From Paraspadella gotoi (Eukaryota > Animalia > Chaetognatha): a stretch of DNA of 64,000 bases. The first letter of the stretch is position 1, and the number at the start of each line of letters is the position of its first letter. The position numbers and the translations under genes are program-made. The notes under the pieces were generated by a model. The model was given only the letters and a program-made list of their open reading frames with translations. It was not told where the DNA came from and searched no databases. The stretch spans positions 18,284,087 to 18,348,086 of the forward strand of contig CM119266.1 in assembly GCA_051294375.1 (NCBI GenBank), in the 5' to 3' direction. Below, in pieces: positions 31,901-43,730 of the stretch.

Positions 31901-32964
31901 AAGGTTAAAATTCATTTTTTTTACGCTCTGTTGAAAAAACTATTATAAAATTAATATAACAAATATAAAAATTGTCCATTCATTTAATAAATAAGCTATC
32001 TTGCCCCTGTCTTTGAACAGGCTTTGGTAGTTTAAAGCCTCCATCATTCTTACAAAATAATGACATCGTAGGTCCCTGCAAGCTTTCAATCAAGACTCCC
32101 ACAGTCTCGTTTAATCACTCCCAGATATATATATATGATAAAACGTTTTAATCATTTTTCGCAGCTTTAACCTAAAAATATCATAAAACATTTTACAAAA
32201 ATTATTCAGTTTTTTTCCGGCGAATCCAAAACAGTTCTTAAAATTAAAAAAATATGATTTTGAAATTTTATAATTTTATAAAGATATTACAACCAAAAAA
32301 AATCAATTTAAGATACTGTTATACAATTTCTTTTTTAAAACAGCTTAATTATTTTTATTACATATATAAAAGCTGTAAAAAAACATTGTTCCATCGCTCA
32401 GTCTCTTCATCACTCCACCCTATTGTAAAGTGTATACCATATATCTCTTGGACCTATTACATTATGTAGCTATAGGACCTTTGACAACAATGATAGCAAC
32501 TGTACAAACTAATCGTTAGCTACCTGTTCCTAATAGACATGCAATTGATGTAAACGGTAATGCATTTGGAAGAGTTTTTGTATTCGTGGATAATCGTGTT
32601 GATCGTCGCGGTTTTTCCCGTCCCTGGTGCGCCTGGTATTTAATTAATGTTAATGTTCAGTTGTCCATTAAATATACATAATAGTAAAACTGATCATCAA
32701 AAAGTTTTAGCACGACACAATCGTGTTACAAATAAGTCGTAATGAAGTTTACAACATCATTACGAACGCACCCAAACCCTCAACCTTGGCCTTACCCGAG
32801 ACATACAGCGCCGCCGCTTTTCCATCTCTCACGTTCTCTTCGATGAAAGAAACGATCTCCGTCCTCTCCGCGTGGCGTCCCTTAAGATCACCCGGTGTCG
32901 CCGTGTGGAACGCCTTGCGCGCAGCCGCGTACGGAGACGGGGTCGTCGTCGTCTCAAGATCCAT
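28954..32964 (-). CDS. CDC6: Cell division control protein 6 (AAA+ ATPase, winged helix), multi-exon
   Basis: LYVSG|APGTGKT Walker A split across ~32796/32634; YINCM; LFLDEMDQL Walker B (~31100); LYTLFEW...LILVGVANSLDLTDRILPRL; KKVAAVSGDARK|ALDACRYAVE; C-terminal LQQK...EFLSILSNIEATGIL. The start may lie further upstream (frameshifted SPRK/TPKR peptides at ~33040-32980). Confidence 0.92.
30377..30631 (+). mobile_element. SINE-like dispersed repeat in a CDC6 intron
   Basis: GC-rich block with B-box-like GGGTTCAATCCC. Its 3' part (GGACCCGTTCC...GTTACGG...TCTTCAGCC) recurs at ~36740-36856. Confidence 0.5.
31351..31506 (+). mobile_element. SINE-like copy (same family as 17546-17680)
   Basis: Shared 3' motif TAACCCGCCTGTAAC...GTTACAGCCCGATCC and a degenerate tRNA-like head. 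Confidence 0.45.
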
Positions 32965-34493
32965 GAGCGAGACGTTGATGACGCTTGGGAGTCTCACTAT
33001 GACGAGGTGGTAACGTCTTTTCGCGGTGAAAAGTTTGGGAGAGTCTTTTAGAGTGGAATGTAACGTAATTAGGGCACAATTTGATGCTTTTCAATGATTA
33101 TAAATTCGGAAAAAAAATATCACTATGGCGAAGCCGGTGTTTAGGCCTGAAATAGCAAACAAATACATTTAGGTCGTTTGGATAATTACATTTTAGGCAA
33201 AATTTTACAATAGAGCTTTTGGAAACGGCCCGGAGGCGTGGCTGGGGTAGGCAGCAATGAGGTCGTCCCGAAACTGGCGGGCCACGATTCAGTCAGAAAT
33301 CTTCTTTCAGATTATCGAGGCTTCGATTTCAAAACGAAATCCCACAAAAATGAGACTTATATAATTATTCCCGAAAAAATAATCAATAAACCTTAAAAAA
33401 TCAAACATTGAAAAACGACATAAAAGAGGAAACTTTTTTCTGGAAAAAGAAAAGAAAGACGGGCGTTGGTTCCAGGGCGCGAATCAGGGCCGGCGCCCAA
33501 TTCCGCCTTTGTTTACTTCTCTTCCCTCGCGCCGCAGATTTGAATGACGACGACGACGACGGAGAAGACGGGAACAAAAACAAAAGACAATGTATGTACT
33601 ACGTATTTATGACATAATTATGTAAAAATATATATGTATATATAAAATATTAGATTTTAAAATATTTTAAAATCAAAATAACTTAAGATAGTGAAACAAG
33701 TAATTTTTCAATTTTCATTTATATTTACTTATTATCAGTCATAAATAAACTTCTCTACTTTTATTAATATATATATTGAAACTTTTTCTTTATTGAAGTA
33801 TTTTACTGGATGTAGATCAGCTTTTCGCCGTTTATACTTCTTCTGTATACTAGCAAAAAAACATTTAATAAATAGAAAAGGTAAATAGAATCACATTTAT
33901 TGCAACGATGAACAAGGAATGATTAGATTTGGAGATATTGTGGCGGTATATTCACACCGTCTTACGTCCACCATCGTTTAGCCAATACCATTGCCTCAGG
34001 GGGAACGCGCCATCCCAGGCTTAGCGTTGCATCGACAGACCTAACGACTTCCTTCTGCGTTGGCAAAGAGAAACTGTCCTCGGATAACCGCGCCAGAGAC
34101 TAGAGGCGTCACTGAGGGCTTTTGCCATAATATAATTAATAACTCTAAGATTCTTCTCTACTCTCTAGAAAACTCTAGAAACAAAATTCGTTTTTAATTA
34201 TTCGATTTCCTTTTTTTATTGCCTTCTGCATTCGAATTGTAGTCAAGCATTATTTAAAAATTGGAAATTAAACTTTCAAACTTTTCAATTGAAGCACGAA
34301 CAAAAGCCAATTAACATCTCACATTTACCTCAAATGGTGGATCACCGGAGTGAAATATCTAAAAACTTAAAAAGCTGTTTTGCACATTTTGACAATCGAC
34401 ATGGCAGTTTCAAACCATCTAAATCTAAGAAAACTACATTTAAAATAGCTATTAGCAATGAAAGATTAGGCGGCTGTGATCCCTTGAGAGGCA

Positions 34494-34992
34494 TCAATAC
34501 TTGTGGCTTTCCGTACCTCCGTGCCCAAAACCTCCAGGGCCAAAGAGAGCCGAGTAGCAGGGCCTATGACAATACGGTTTGCCTGAAAACAGCAAAAATT
34601 TAGTTGGAGTGATTTTTAAACATCTAGTAAAATTTATGTCTTTATTTAATTTTAATTAATAGTTAAAAGTGTCTCGAATTTTAAAAGTTAAAACTATTTA
34701 AATTTAAACCGTCAATCATGACGTACCGCAACATTGTATCCAATCAATCAATCAATTTATCGCTTTACCTTCATGCTCGGCGTGACTTCCCGGCGACAGC
34801 GTTTTAGAACATTTTGCGCATCTGTAACCAAAAAAACCTGTTTAACTATCCCTCTTCAAGGTCATGAGATTAGTAAGCTAAGTCATTAAAGTCGCCCAGA
34901 GACCTGAGACATCCGCGGTGCCAGTCTTTGCCCAGCGATGTTACCTTCTCCGCGAAGTAAACCTCTTTAGTACAAGTGGGACACTTAGGCAT
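34494..34992 (-). CDS. CRIP1: Cysteine-rich intestinal protein-like single-LIM protein (76 aa, 3 exons)
   Basis: Exons 34992-34904, 34821-34769 and 34582-34494 join through GT-AG introns into [76 protein letters not shown]. Absent from the ORF track because the exons are short. Confidence 0.93.
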
Positions 34993-36529
34993 CGCTCGCT
35001 GTTAATGATAAAAAAATTATATATTTCGACTGGTACTTTATATTATAGAAAAAGTGTCACATGACGCAGCAAATAGTCTTTTTTAAACAGTTTTTTTTCA
35101 TTCGACCGCTTTTGATTAACTTGGTTTCTAGATTATTTAAATTTATTTTTTTTCCCTCCTATGACTCTTTCTCACTTACTTGTTATATTTTAACAGAAGC
35201 GTCGGAAAGTAATAAAATCCGTAACTTTTTGTCAAGAAAAGTAAAATTTTTTTCAAAGAATTTCTCAAATATTTTTGAGGTTTTTTTATATAACGCGTTT
35301 CGTAGTCGCTCAAAAATGCGGGCGTGTTCCCTCGAGACGAGAAATTTGTCGTGATTAAACGAAAACCTCTCGCGCTGTTGTTTGGAGTCGAGAGTCTTCT
35401 TCCTCCTCACCTGTTTTCTTCCTCCTCTTTTTTTTCTTTCGCTTCTCTTCCTCTTCCTCCTTACTTATTCTGCGCAACATTGCACTATCATCGAAATAAT
35501 TTTTTTTCTCGGAAAAAGTGTGTCCATCGTACAAAATATATATGCTTTTAATTAATTAGGGACTATCATCGGAAACCTCTCAAGCAATATCAGTTGTCAA
35601 AATCATTTCTTTAGGAGATATAAGGCTTTTCTCTATTTCAGACTCACTTTGTCGAGCTATATTCCAGGAACTTTATGATGAATTTACTTTTTTTTTAAAT
35701 ATTGATAAACAACTGGATACCAAGCATGGATTAAATACAAATTTGTTCTAAAAAGGTTTTACTGTATCTGAGTTTTTGAAAACTAGCTTAAAATATAAAG
35801 GGAATCATGGGGAATCACTACCATTCTAATTAAATATAATGATTGATATTATAACGCACTTGATGTGTTCGGGATTTCATCCGCAACGATCCGCAAATGA
35901 GTAATGCCAAAATGATTTTCAAATTAATTTTTTTTTCTAACACCCCGATAAGAACCATTTACTAAGTAAATTATTTTTTAACTGCGATTTTGAAGTGGTT
36001 TAACTTATTGAATCATTTTTTTCTCTTTAAAATTTCATTTTACCGTATTTGAGAGGTAAAAATAATTAAATAAGCCAAAAAAAATCCGCTTAGCGTTTGA
36101 TTCATCTTTAGGAAACGTAAAAAATAAAATGAAACATTTTTGTCCTTTTTGGAAATATTAAAAATTTATGGGAATAACCTCAAAGTTTTCAAGAATTACT
36201 CGTGTTAAGCTATCCGAATATGTCATTAAGTATAATTTTTCCGATTTTAACGTTCACTTCGATCATAGTGCATTGCCTCACTTTGAGTTGGAATCATCTT
36301 CGTTCTTTACTTCTTACCTTTCTCCTTACCACTTACCACTCATTGTTTTTCTAGTTTTCTTTTTATTTCTACAAAAACCAATTGTTTGAATCAGTAGTTT
36401 GGCATGATTCTTTCAATAGTGACCCAGAGGATTTTTTTTTTCTCTGAAAGAAAACAGAGCAAACAAATAATTGAGGAAATGGTTGCAAAAAGTTTCTAAA
36501 CGCGAACAAAAAAGAAAAAGAAAAAAGAG

Positions 36530-36745
36530 ATCAGGGGACAAAGTCAAGCAACTCCATCCACATGAGGCGGCAACTCAATCAAGGGACTTCGGGAAGTAAG
36601 CAGGTCCCCATTCTCGCTCTGAAGGCAGACAGAAAGTCTCTCAAAAAAGTGCTTTGACGTTTTGCTGATGTCTAAGCCTACATTCGTTGCTGCATTCGCT
36701 CCTTGAGTGCAGCAATCTGCCTGACCAATTTGTCCATAAGGTACC
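36530..36745 (-). mobile_element. 3' remnant of a restriction-like-endonuclease (CRE/R2-type) non-LTR retrotransposon
   Basis: Minus-strand peptide KHFFERLSVCLQSENGDLLTSRSP...PPHVDGVA* fits the QRLS-x-x-LQRGNA C-terminal motif. A SINE-like fragment abuts it at 36740-36856. Confidence 0.6.
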
Positions 36746-37324
36746 GGGATCGATCAACGGTTCCCAAACCGAGGACCCGTTCCGTTACTGGCGAGGGGGA
36801 TAAAGAGGTTACGGTTATTAGTCTTCAGCCTACGAGAATCCACGTCTTACTATCCAGGAGTTCTTCTTCATTCTTACCCATTCAGGCTTGAATTTTATTT
36901 TATTCAAAATCAACTTTCCAAATGTTTAATCCGCAATTGAAATTAATTCATTATGTAAAACGAGAAGTTCTGACGAATTTCGATTCGTATTGCCTAGTAG
37001 ACGACGATGACATTTAAAAGTATATACTTTGAATTTTTATTATCATCAAGTTAGATTTTCTGTTTTCATGTTTCTGAATGAGAATTATCAATAACTTTTT
37101 TCAATTGTGTTTTCGTAGACGGTCCCAATTCTACTTACGTACTTTGATAACCGACAACTAGCTAAATAGCGAAAATTGGAAGCTTTAAGCTTAATTTCAC
37201 AATCAATAACAGCTATATAGAAACAACATTTTTTTTAATAAATGTTTAAAAATAAAAACATCCGTCTAAGGATATAAAACGATTCGATGTCAAACAATGA
37301 TGAAAAAAATAAGTCGATTTAATT

Positions 37325-38482
37325 TTATCCTTTAAAACTGAATTTAACAGTTTTCGCGTTTCTCATGTGCAAAAATTCGTGCTCCTTCAACGACGACTTC
37401 CAACGCGTGGAGAATTTGCACAATGAACAGCGAAAGGGTTTGTCCCCTCGATGTATCGATTGGTGACACTTGAGGCTTTGCAACCAACGCGTGGAAAAAT
37501 CACAAACGTCGCAATGAAACTTTTCAGGCAGAATTACTTTTTTCTTTTCCTTTTCGATTTTCACGATTTCAACGAAACCTTTTTCGTCTTGAGTGTAATC
37601 GTACTCGAACTTCCATCTGGCGGTCAGAGGACAAAACCGTCGACTCTTTTTGAGCATTTTATCCTCGGAGAGACGCGCCGCTTGAAGCTTTAAACTGGTG
37701 GCCCCACCCGCGGGGTACGGACCCATCCGAGTTTTGAGCGGACGTTCGCTCGGGTGGGTGCATTTCTTGAGAGGAGCTCCGGCGCGTCGTTTCGTGTTGA
37801 ACTGACAGAATCGGCAGGTGTTGTTGTTTGGATTCGCTTGATTAGAATCGTGAGTGGAGTGAGATTCAGGTTGAGTCGTGGATTCATTTCGCATCGCGGA
37901 TTCATCGTCTGTAGATTCATCGACGTCAAGCTGCGATTCTTCTTTAATGATGACGTCACTAAGTCCGACATTTTGATGGTTTAAAAATGAAGAATCGATT
38001 ACTTTTTTTCGAATCGTCTCCGACGAATCCTTATCATATTCGTTGAAAGCATCTTGCTCCTGCTTGATAAGTGGTAAAGGTTTCTCGTTTGGAGAGATTG
38101 GTTGATTGGTTTCTGGAGATGAATTTGGAATTGAATGCTTGACGTCTTGCAACGCGGAATGTTTAATGTCTGTTGGATGATCATCATCAACGACGCATTG
38201 CAAGGCCGAGTGATTGACATCCAGCTGGACTTCGTGTTTGATTTCCAGCGACGTCGAGCAAGACGATGGACCAACGGAGTGAGACGCGCCGTAACCTAAG
38301 AGACAGTCGAGTCCGCCGCCTCCGATCGACGACGACAAAACTCGATCTTCTTCTGTTTCTATTTCTCGCTTGACGATCGGAAACGAGGCTCGCCATGTGG
38401 GCGTGTTCTCAACTCCAGAGTCCTCGTTACGTCTTTCGATTTTGCGGCGAAGAATTTCATGAATGGAAGCGAGGGACGACAT
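37325..38482 (-). CDS. C2H2 zinc-finger protein (385 aa)
   Basis: Two canonical C-terminal fingers (CDVCDF...HQSIH, linker RGDKPF, CSLCKF...HEFLH), one degenerate finger, and IKxE repeats. Confidence 0.85.
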   Translation of the reverse strand: MSSLASIHEILRRKIERRNEDSGVENTPTWRASFPIVKREIETEEDRVLSSSIGGGGLDCLLGYGASHSVGPSSCSTSLEIKHEVQLDVNHSALQCVVDDDHPTDIKHSALQDVKHSIPNSSPETNQPISPNEKPLPLIKQEQDAFNEYDKDSSETIRKKVIDSSFLNHQNVGLSDVIIKEESQLDVDESTDDESAMRNESTTQPESHSTHDSNQANPNNNTCRFCQFNTKRRAGAPLKKCTHPSERPLKTRMGPYPAGGATSLKLQAARLSEDKMLKKSRRFCPLTARWKFEYDYTQDEKGFVEIVKIEKEKKKVILPEKFHCDVCDFSTRWLQSLKCHQSIHRGDKPFRCSLCKFSTRWKSSLKEHEFLHMRNAKTVKFSFKG

Positions 38483-39009
38483 CGTCTGTTGAAGAGGAGG
38501 AGATCATCGGAAGAGGAAGGGTTAGTTTAGTTAGTTTAGTTTAGTTTAATTTTTGGGAATTAGTTGGATTCCTATACACAGTAAAAACGAAAAGAGATAA
38601 AAAAATCAGGCCAAGTTAATGTTCTCGATATTTCTCCTTATTAAAATAAATCCGAGGCCTATAATTTTGCTCGTCTCATGTTTAATAATTGTTTATCGAT
38701 GAATGATTAATTAATATCAAATTTTAATCTCCACGGGCTCACAAGTTTGTAAGCATACAGCGTTCAACTACAGCGTTGGCAGCGTTTTTTTTTTTCTGAA
38801 AGGAAAAAGGAAAACAACAATGTTACTCATTCTGAAGAATTGGATGTTAAGCAATTGTATGGTCAACATTGAAATAAAATATAAAAATGAAAATGAGAGC
38901 AGAGAGTTTTCATGTTAAATGGGAGCGAGCAGACAATTTTTAATTTTGTTTTGAGTATTTGAATGTTTTGGAACATTATAGGAAAGTTGCTATTAAAGAA
39001 GAAGCGTTT

Positions 39010-39300
39010 AATAGTTGGTTGGGTCAACGTCTCGGTTTGTAAGCAAGTTTGCGTTGCCTCGTTGTAGAGCGACTGAGGCGCTGAAAAAAGAATTTACATT
39101 CTCGGGAGTCGTTTTTTCCCCATTGTCGAGCGTTTTGGTGGGCCAAGGCTTTGAGGAAGACCAGAGCTTCCCTGTCACAACCGCCGAAGGTTTCTAAAAT
39201 AAGAGGCTGAAAATATATTCCTTGGAACTGACAGTTGGCAAAGTGGCCGCGCATTTTGGCTGATTTCCGCATCTCAATATCGGCAGCGTTTGACATGTTA
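39010..39300 (-). mobile_element. 3' remnant of an RLE-type non-LTR retrotransposon
   Basis: FQPLILETFGG...FFFQRLS, then after a frameshift ALQRGNANLL. This is the typical end of CRE/R2-like endonuclease domains. Confidence 0.7.
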
Positions 39301-39690
39301 GCGTCAAGAATTTTCGAGACGCAGCGACGCAGCGACGCAGCGATCCCGGTTCCCTCTCCGACGCAGCTGATCCTCTCTATTCCGGCTTCATCGACCCCTG
39401 ACGTCGTCTTTTCTAAATATCCTTGTTCTTTTGTTGCCAAAGAGTTAACATACATATGATAATTGATATCAATCAATTCTGATAATTATTTATTAACCGA
39501 GTAATTTTGATAAATAGTTCATAAATTAGACACTGGTAATTTTAACAAAAATGGTGATTTCAATTATACAATCGAAATAAATTAAAAAAGAAAAAATACG
39601 AAAAGTGAAAAACACATGAGACAAATTTTCTTTTTTTATTACGCCTTACGCGCCGAACAATTTACCTTTTGACCTCTTTAAATGTATAGT

Positions 39691-41484
39691 CTAATATTTA
39701 ATAACAAACACTTTTCCAATTAGTGACTCGGTTTTATTGTTGACAACAACGGGAACTTTAAAATCGGAGAAATAACTTTCTTCAGTTGACGGATTATCAG
39801 GCAATGGAAAGTATTGGGATTTTGATTTTGGTAGGTTTTGACCAGTTTTTAGGAAGTTTTCATCTATTGAATGATAGAATTGAAACTGATGTGGCTGTTG
39901 ACCGATATGGAAATTTTCATGCTCCTTTAAACTGGTAATATTTTGATTGGTATAATTACAAAATTTACATTTTAATTCACATTCGTTCAAACTCTTTTTT
40001 AATCTAGGAATTGCAATCTTGAATCCTGAACAATCATGAGTTGCTTCATGAATTTTCAATTTCTCTTTAGATTGAAACTTATCGTCATCAAAAGAACATT
40101 TTAAATCCTGGACTGCATGATATTTCATCCTCGATTGATTCTTTCGAAGAATTATTAAATCTGCCTTTGAATTCTTATATTTAGGACCAGCAGTTTCAGG
40201 ATTGTCAGCAGGCCATTTTTCTTCCGGACTTTTTTTTAACTGGGATGTAAAAGGTTGGTGATTTTCTTCGTGGTTTAAGTTGGTTAAGTTCGTTTTGTGA
40301 ATTCGCTGGTGCTGCATTAAACTTTGAACTGAAGAATGGGTGTAGTCACACGTTGAGCACTTAAATAAGCTTTCACTTACTTGTGATTTTTTAGGGATAG
40401 CTTTCATTTTTAGTTTGGGAATTGGAATTTTGAGTGATGAATAATGAGTTGTCTCATGAGTTTTTAATTCCAAATTTGATTTAAAATCAGAGTTACACAA
40501 AAAACATTTATAAACGGGTTTCATGCATGTGTGTTTCCTTCGATGAATTTTTAAATCTCTCTTAGTATGACATGTATAATCACATTCTTTGCACAAAAGA
40601 CTTTTTTCTTTTGTTTCATGGTTGTCCCGGTTTAAACACTTCTGTGAGTTTTCTTTCGCGTGTAATTTTTTATGGCAATTCAAAAGGCGTTTAGTTCGAG
40701 TTTCGTAACTACAAAGGTTGCATTTAAAATATTTTTCCCCGGAATGAATGCGTTTATGAGCTTTTTTTACTTTAGCCGAAAATCGTGACGAATATTCGCA
40801 ATGTTGGCATTTTATTCCATAATGGTCCTGGCGGTGAAGAATAGACGCACCTGTACTGTAAGTCTTATTATCGCATAATTCACATTTAAATATTTTATCG
40901 GAATGGATTTTCAAATGATCTTTTAGCTCTTTATCCACCGAAGAGGAAAATTTGCACAGGGTACACTTAAATACGTGTGTTTCTCGTCTTTGTTTAACGA
41001 GATTATTTTTTTCGTTATTTTTTATTATCTTTTTTTTTGAATGTAACTTAAAATGTTGTCTCATACCTTTGTGACTGATGGCGGCATGCTTGCAAATTGG
41101 GCATATATATGATATTTTATCGTTAATAGTTGACGTTATGATGGGGGTTTGTTTAGAATCGTCATGGTTATTTAGAATCAATTGTTCATTTTGAACATCA
41201 TCCTGCTTATTTTTCAAATGGTTTATATCCATTTTGTACTCTTGATCGACCTGTTCAGCTTTGGGGCCTTCACTTGCCTGGTCTTCAAACACATCTGGTA
41301 CTTCATTTTTAATTGGTAGCATTTCTTTAATTAAATTTTCGGCGTACACCTCGTCATCAAACAAAAATTCGGTTTTAATTTTAATATTGTCTTCATCAAA
41401 CCCCGTTTTTCCATTTTTTTTGCTCGTATCCATGTTTTGAAAGTGTGAAAGAATTATTATCTGAAAAATCTTAAATAAACTCAT
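39691..41484 (-). CDS. Poly-C2H2 zinc-finger protein (about 10-11 fingers)
   Basis: 597-aa ORF with repeated CxxC-x12-HxxxH units and an HSGEK linker. Acceptor TTTTCAG| at 41461 suggests an upstream exon. Confidence 0.88.
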   Translation of the reverse strand: MSLFKIFQIIILSHFQNMDTSKKNGKTGFDEDNIKIKTEFLFDDEVYAENLIKEMLPIKNEVPDVFEDQASEGPKAEQVDQEYKMDINHLKNKQDDVQNEQLILNNHDDSKQTPIITSTINDKISYICPICKHAAISHKGMRQHFKLHSKKKIIKNNEKNNLVKQRRETHVFKCTLCKFSSSVDKELKDHLKIHSDKIFKCELCDNKTYSTGASILHRQDHYGIKCQHCEYSSRFSAKVKKAHKRIHSGEKYFKCNLCSYETRTKRLLNCHKKLHAKENSQKCLNRDNHETKEKSLLCKECDYTCHTKRDLKIHRRKHTCMKPVYKCFLCNSDFKSNLELKTHETTHYSSLKIPIPKLKMKAIPKKSQVSESLFKCSTCDYTHSSVQSLMQHQRIHKTNLTNLNHEENHQPFTSQLKKSPEEKWPADNPETAGPKYKNSKADLIILRKNQSRMKYHAVQDLKCSFDDDKFQSKEKLKIHEATHDCSGFKIAIPRLKKSLNECELKCKFCNYTNQNITSLKEHENFHIGQQPHQFQFYHSIDENFLKTGQNLPKSKSQYFPLPDNPSTEESYFSDFKVPVVVNNKTESLIGKVFVIKY

Positions 41485-41895
41485 AAAAAGCGAAGATTAG
41501 GCAAAAACATGAAAATAATCCTACTTTGTGGAATACACGAATACAGTGATTATCCACAATGAATGCCAGAGAGACTGTCTATAGCCATAAATCAATAGTA
41601 CATGACAATGAGATTGTATTTAGTAGCATACAAAAAACCGTAGAATAAAGTGTCTGGACTTAGAGAAAAGGATCGGAAACAATTCATAAAATATAATTTT
41701 ATGAGAGGATTATATAAATATGACCAGTTTTATGACGTAATTTCAGCCCGAAACCACGAAAGCAATTTTTTAAAGAGATTTATTAGAATTTGAATTTTTT
41801 GGTTATCTCAAAACCGAAGGGCAGGCTCGTTATTCAAATTGGCCCAATTATCGCAATCATTCGCCAAATCTACGTCTTGTAGTGATCTAATATCA

Positions 41896-41975
41896 CTGCG
41901 CCGTAATAGTGCACTGGGCTAACGCTTCTCTTGTAAACCAATGGTCCGGGTTCTCTCCCTGGTCGGTAACGGTCC
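41896..41975 (+). mobile_element. tRNA-like SINE head / tRNA pseudogene
   Basis: GCCGTAATAGTGCACTGGGCTAACGC...GGTCCGGGTTCTCTCCCTGG has degenerate A- and B-boxes. No convincing acceptor stem. Confidence 0.4.
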
Positions 41976-42439
41976 TTGCAAAAGAGAGCTCAGTTTATTC
42001 TTCTGTTAGTTTCTTATGATGAGCGGAGTTTATGTCCAACACTTAATCTTTTTGTTATTTTTCCTTCTGTACGTTTCTTTTTGTCTTTTCGAGGGGAAGA
42101 ATTCGTCATCATTTTTCTCGCTTTAAAAACTGTTGAGAAAAAAATAAAATTATTTACTTTAGATGTAAAACCAAACCATTAAAGCTTGTCCTCTTAATTT
42201 ATATTCCTTGTGGATTATCTTTAACATTTTGTCAATATTGGTCAGCAGTTAGCAGATTTATTAGGTATATTAGCAGTTTATGAAAAAGGAAATTAAAAAT
42301 TATTATAGAATTATAGAATTAACAATCAGTTTACCGTTTTTCTTTTTCTTCCGTTTTTCATTGTTTCAATATTAAATCTCGTCTCTGAGGCATCGAGATT
42401 GTACATTGTACACTTCACAGTATCAAGTTATCAACTCAC

Positions 42440-42644
42440 CAGATATTCCCTCCTTCAAGCATTTCAACAGTCGACAGTACCGACAGTATAGACAGTTTCT
42501 GTTCGTCTTCGTAATCACACAGTCGAAGTTTTTTCTACACGTTATATTGTGTTTGTATAGTTGAAAGTGTTGATGCAACTCGCGTTTGAAGAAGCCGACG
42601 ACGCCACCGTGAATTTCGGACGCTTCGTTGTGACGAATCTGACA
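42440..42644 (-). CDS. Exon encoding a degenerate nuclear-receptor-type C4 DNA-binding domain
   Basis: Open frame CQIRHNEASEIHGGVVGFFKRELHQHFQLYKHNITCRKNFDCVITKTNRNCLYCRYCRLLKCLKEGIS ending at a G|GTGAGT donor. GFFKR and CRxCRLxKCL are NR-DBD hallmarks. Confidence 0.7.
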
Positions 42645-43730
42645 CTAATCGTTATGGAAGATGTACCTTTTTTTCCGTCTCGTTAGGGCTGATATTGATT
42701 TTATTTGACATTTAAAATTTTGTTGAACTTTCGTCATTGTCGTGGAACTTTGAAGAAAACATTTTTAACTTGAATAGAAAATGAAACGTAACCTAACCTA
42801 CAAAAAATAAGAATCAACAACGCGGTCAATTGTCACTCTTCCTTTTTTCTGGAAGGGAAAAGTGAAAAACATGAATAAAAATTGTGAGTTGTGATGTCTC
42901 TCTCTCTCAGTTTTTTTTTCTTTTTTCTGTAAAGGAAGGGAGAAAAACAACTTGAATAGAATTTAGAAAAAATTCATTAACTTAAAAAGAAAACATTTCA
43001 CATTAAGAGGTAGAATTGTAGAATTGTAGAATTTAGAAAACTCGACCCATTGGCTGTTGTCAAAGGGTAAACGAGAAAAAGCAAAAAATTCATTAACTTA
43101 AAAAGAAAACATTTCACATTAAGAGGTAGAATTGTTGAATTGTAGAATTGTGAAAGTCTTAAGAACCGAATGTTAGTTTGTTGACTTTTAAATCGTCTGC
43201 AACTCCTCATTGAGTTTACTTCGGTTTGGATTCTGATTGGATGCAAAGCTAAATACTAATTGGTTGGAACTCAAGCTCGCTCTCGGTTGTTTCGTCACGT
43301 GATCAATTCCTAGAATCTCAAAACGAGGACGAAGACTCTTTTGTTTTTTTGTTTTTTTTCGGGGGGGTTTTCGCCAATAAATACTAAATTAATAGATAGG
43401 CATAGCCGATCAAATATTCAAATGTGTACACTGTTCAGCATTAAAATAATTTGTCTTAAGAACAGATTATAGTATGAAAATATTTTTTTGTTAAAAATTT
43501 ATTAAAAATGTTATATTACTATACAATAATTTTTTTTTAAATCTCGTAATTTTTTACTGCAGTCGCATAGTTTAACAAGAAATATGATTACAACTTTTAA
43601 AAATTCTTACGATTTTTATCCGGATCTGCTTGTCGCAGATTCCGGCTCTATTCACTTTGTCAGTCCATCGGTCTTTGTGTTCGTCCACCCTTAGCTTTGA
43701 TGGGGTTTGATGGGGTGATTGACTCGATAT

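Noticed and set aside
39024-39476. 150-aa ORF as a host gene
   Set aside because: Its C-terminal half is a frameshifted RLE-LINE endonuclease remnant.
41896-41975. Functional tRNA gene
   Set aside because: The B-box is degenerate (GGTTCTCTCCC) and no clean cloverleaf forms; treated as a SINE head or pseudogene.
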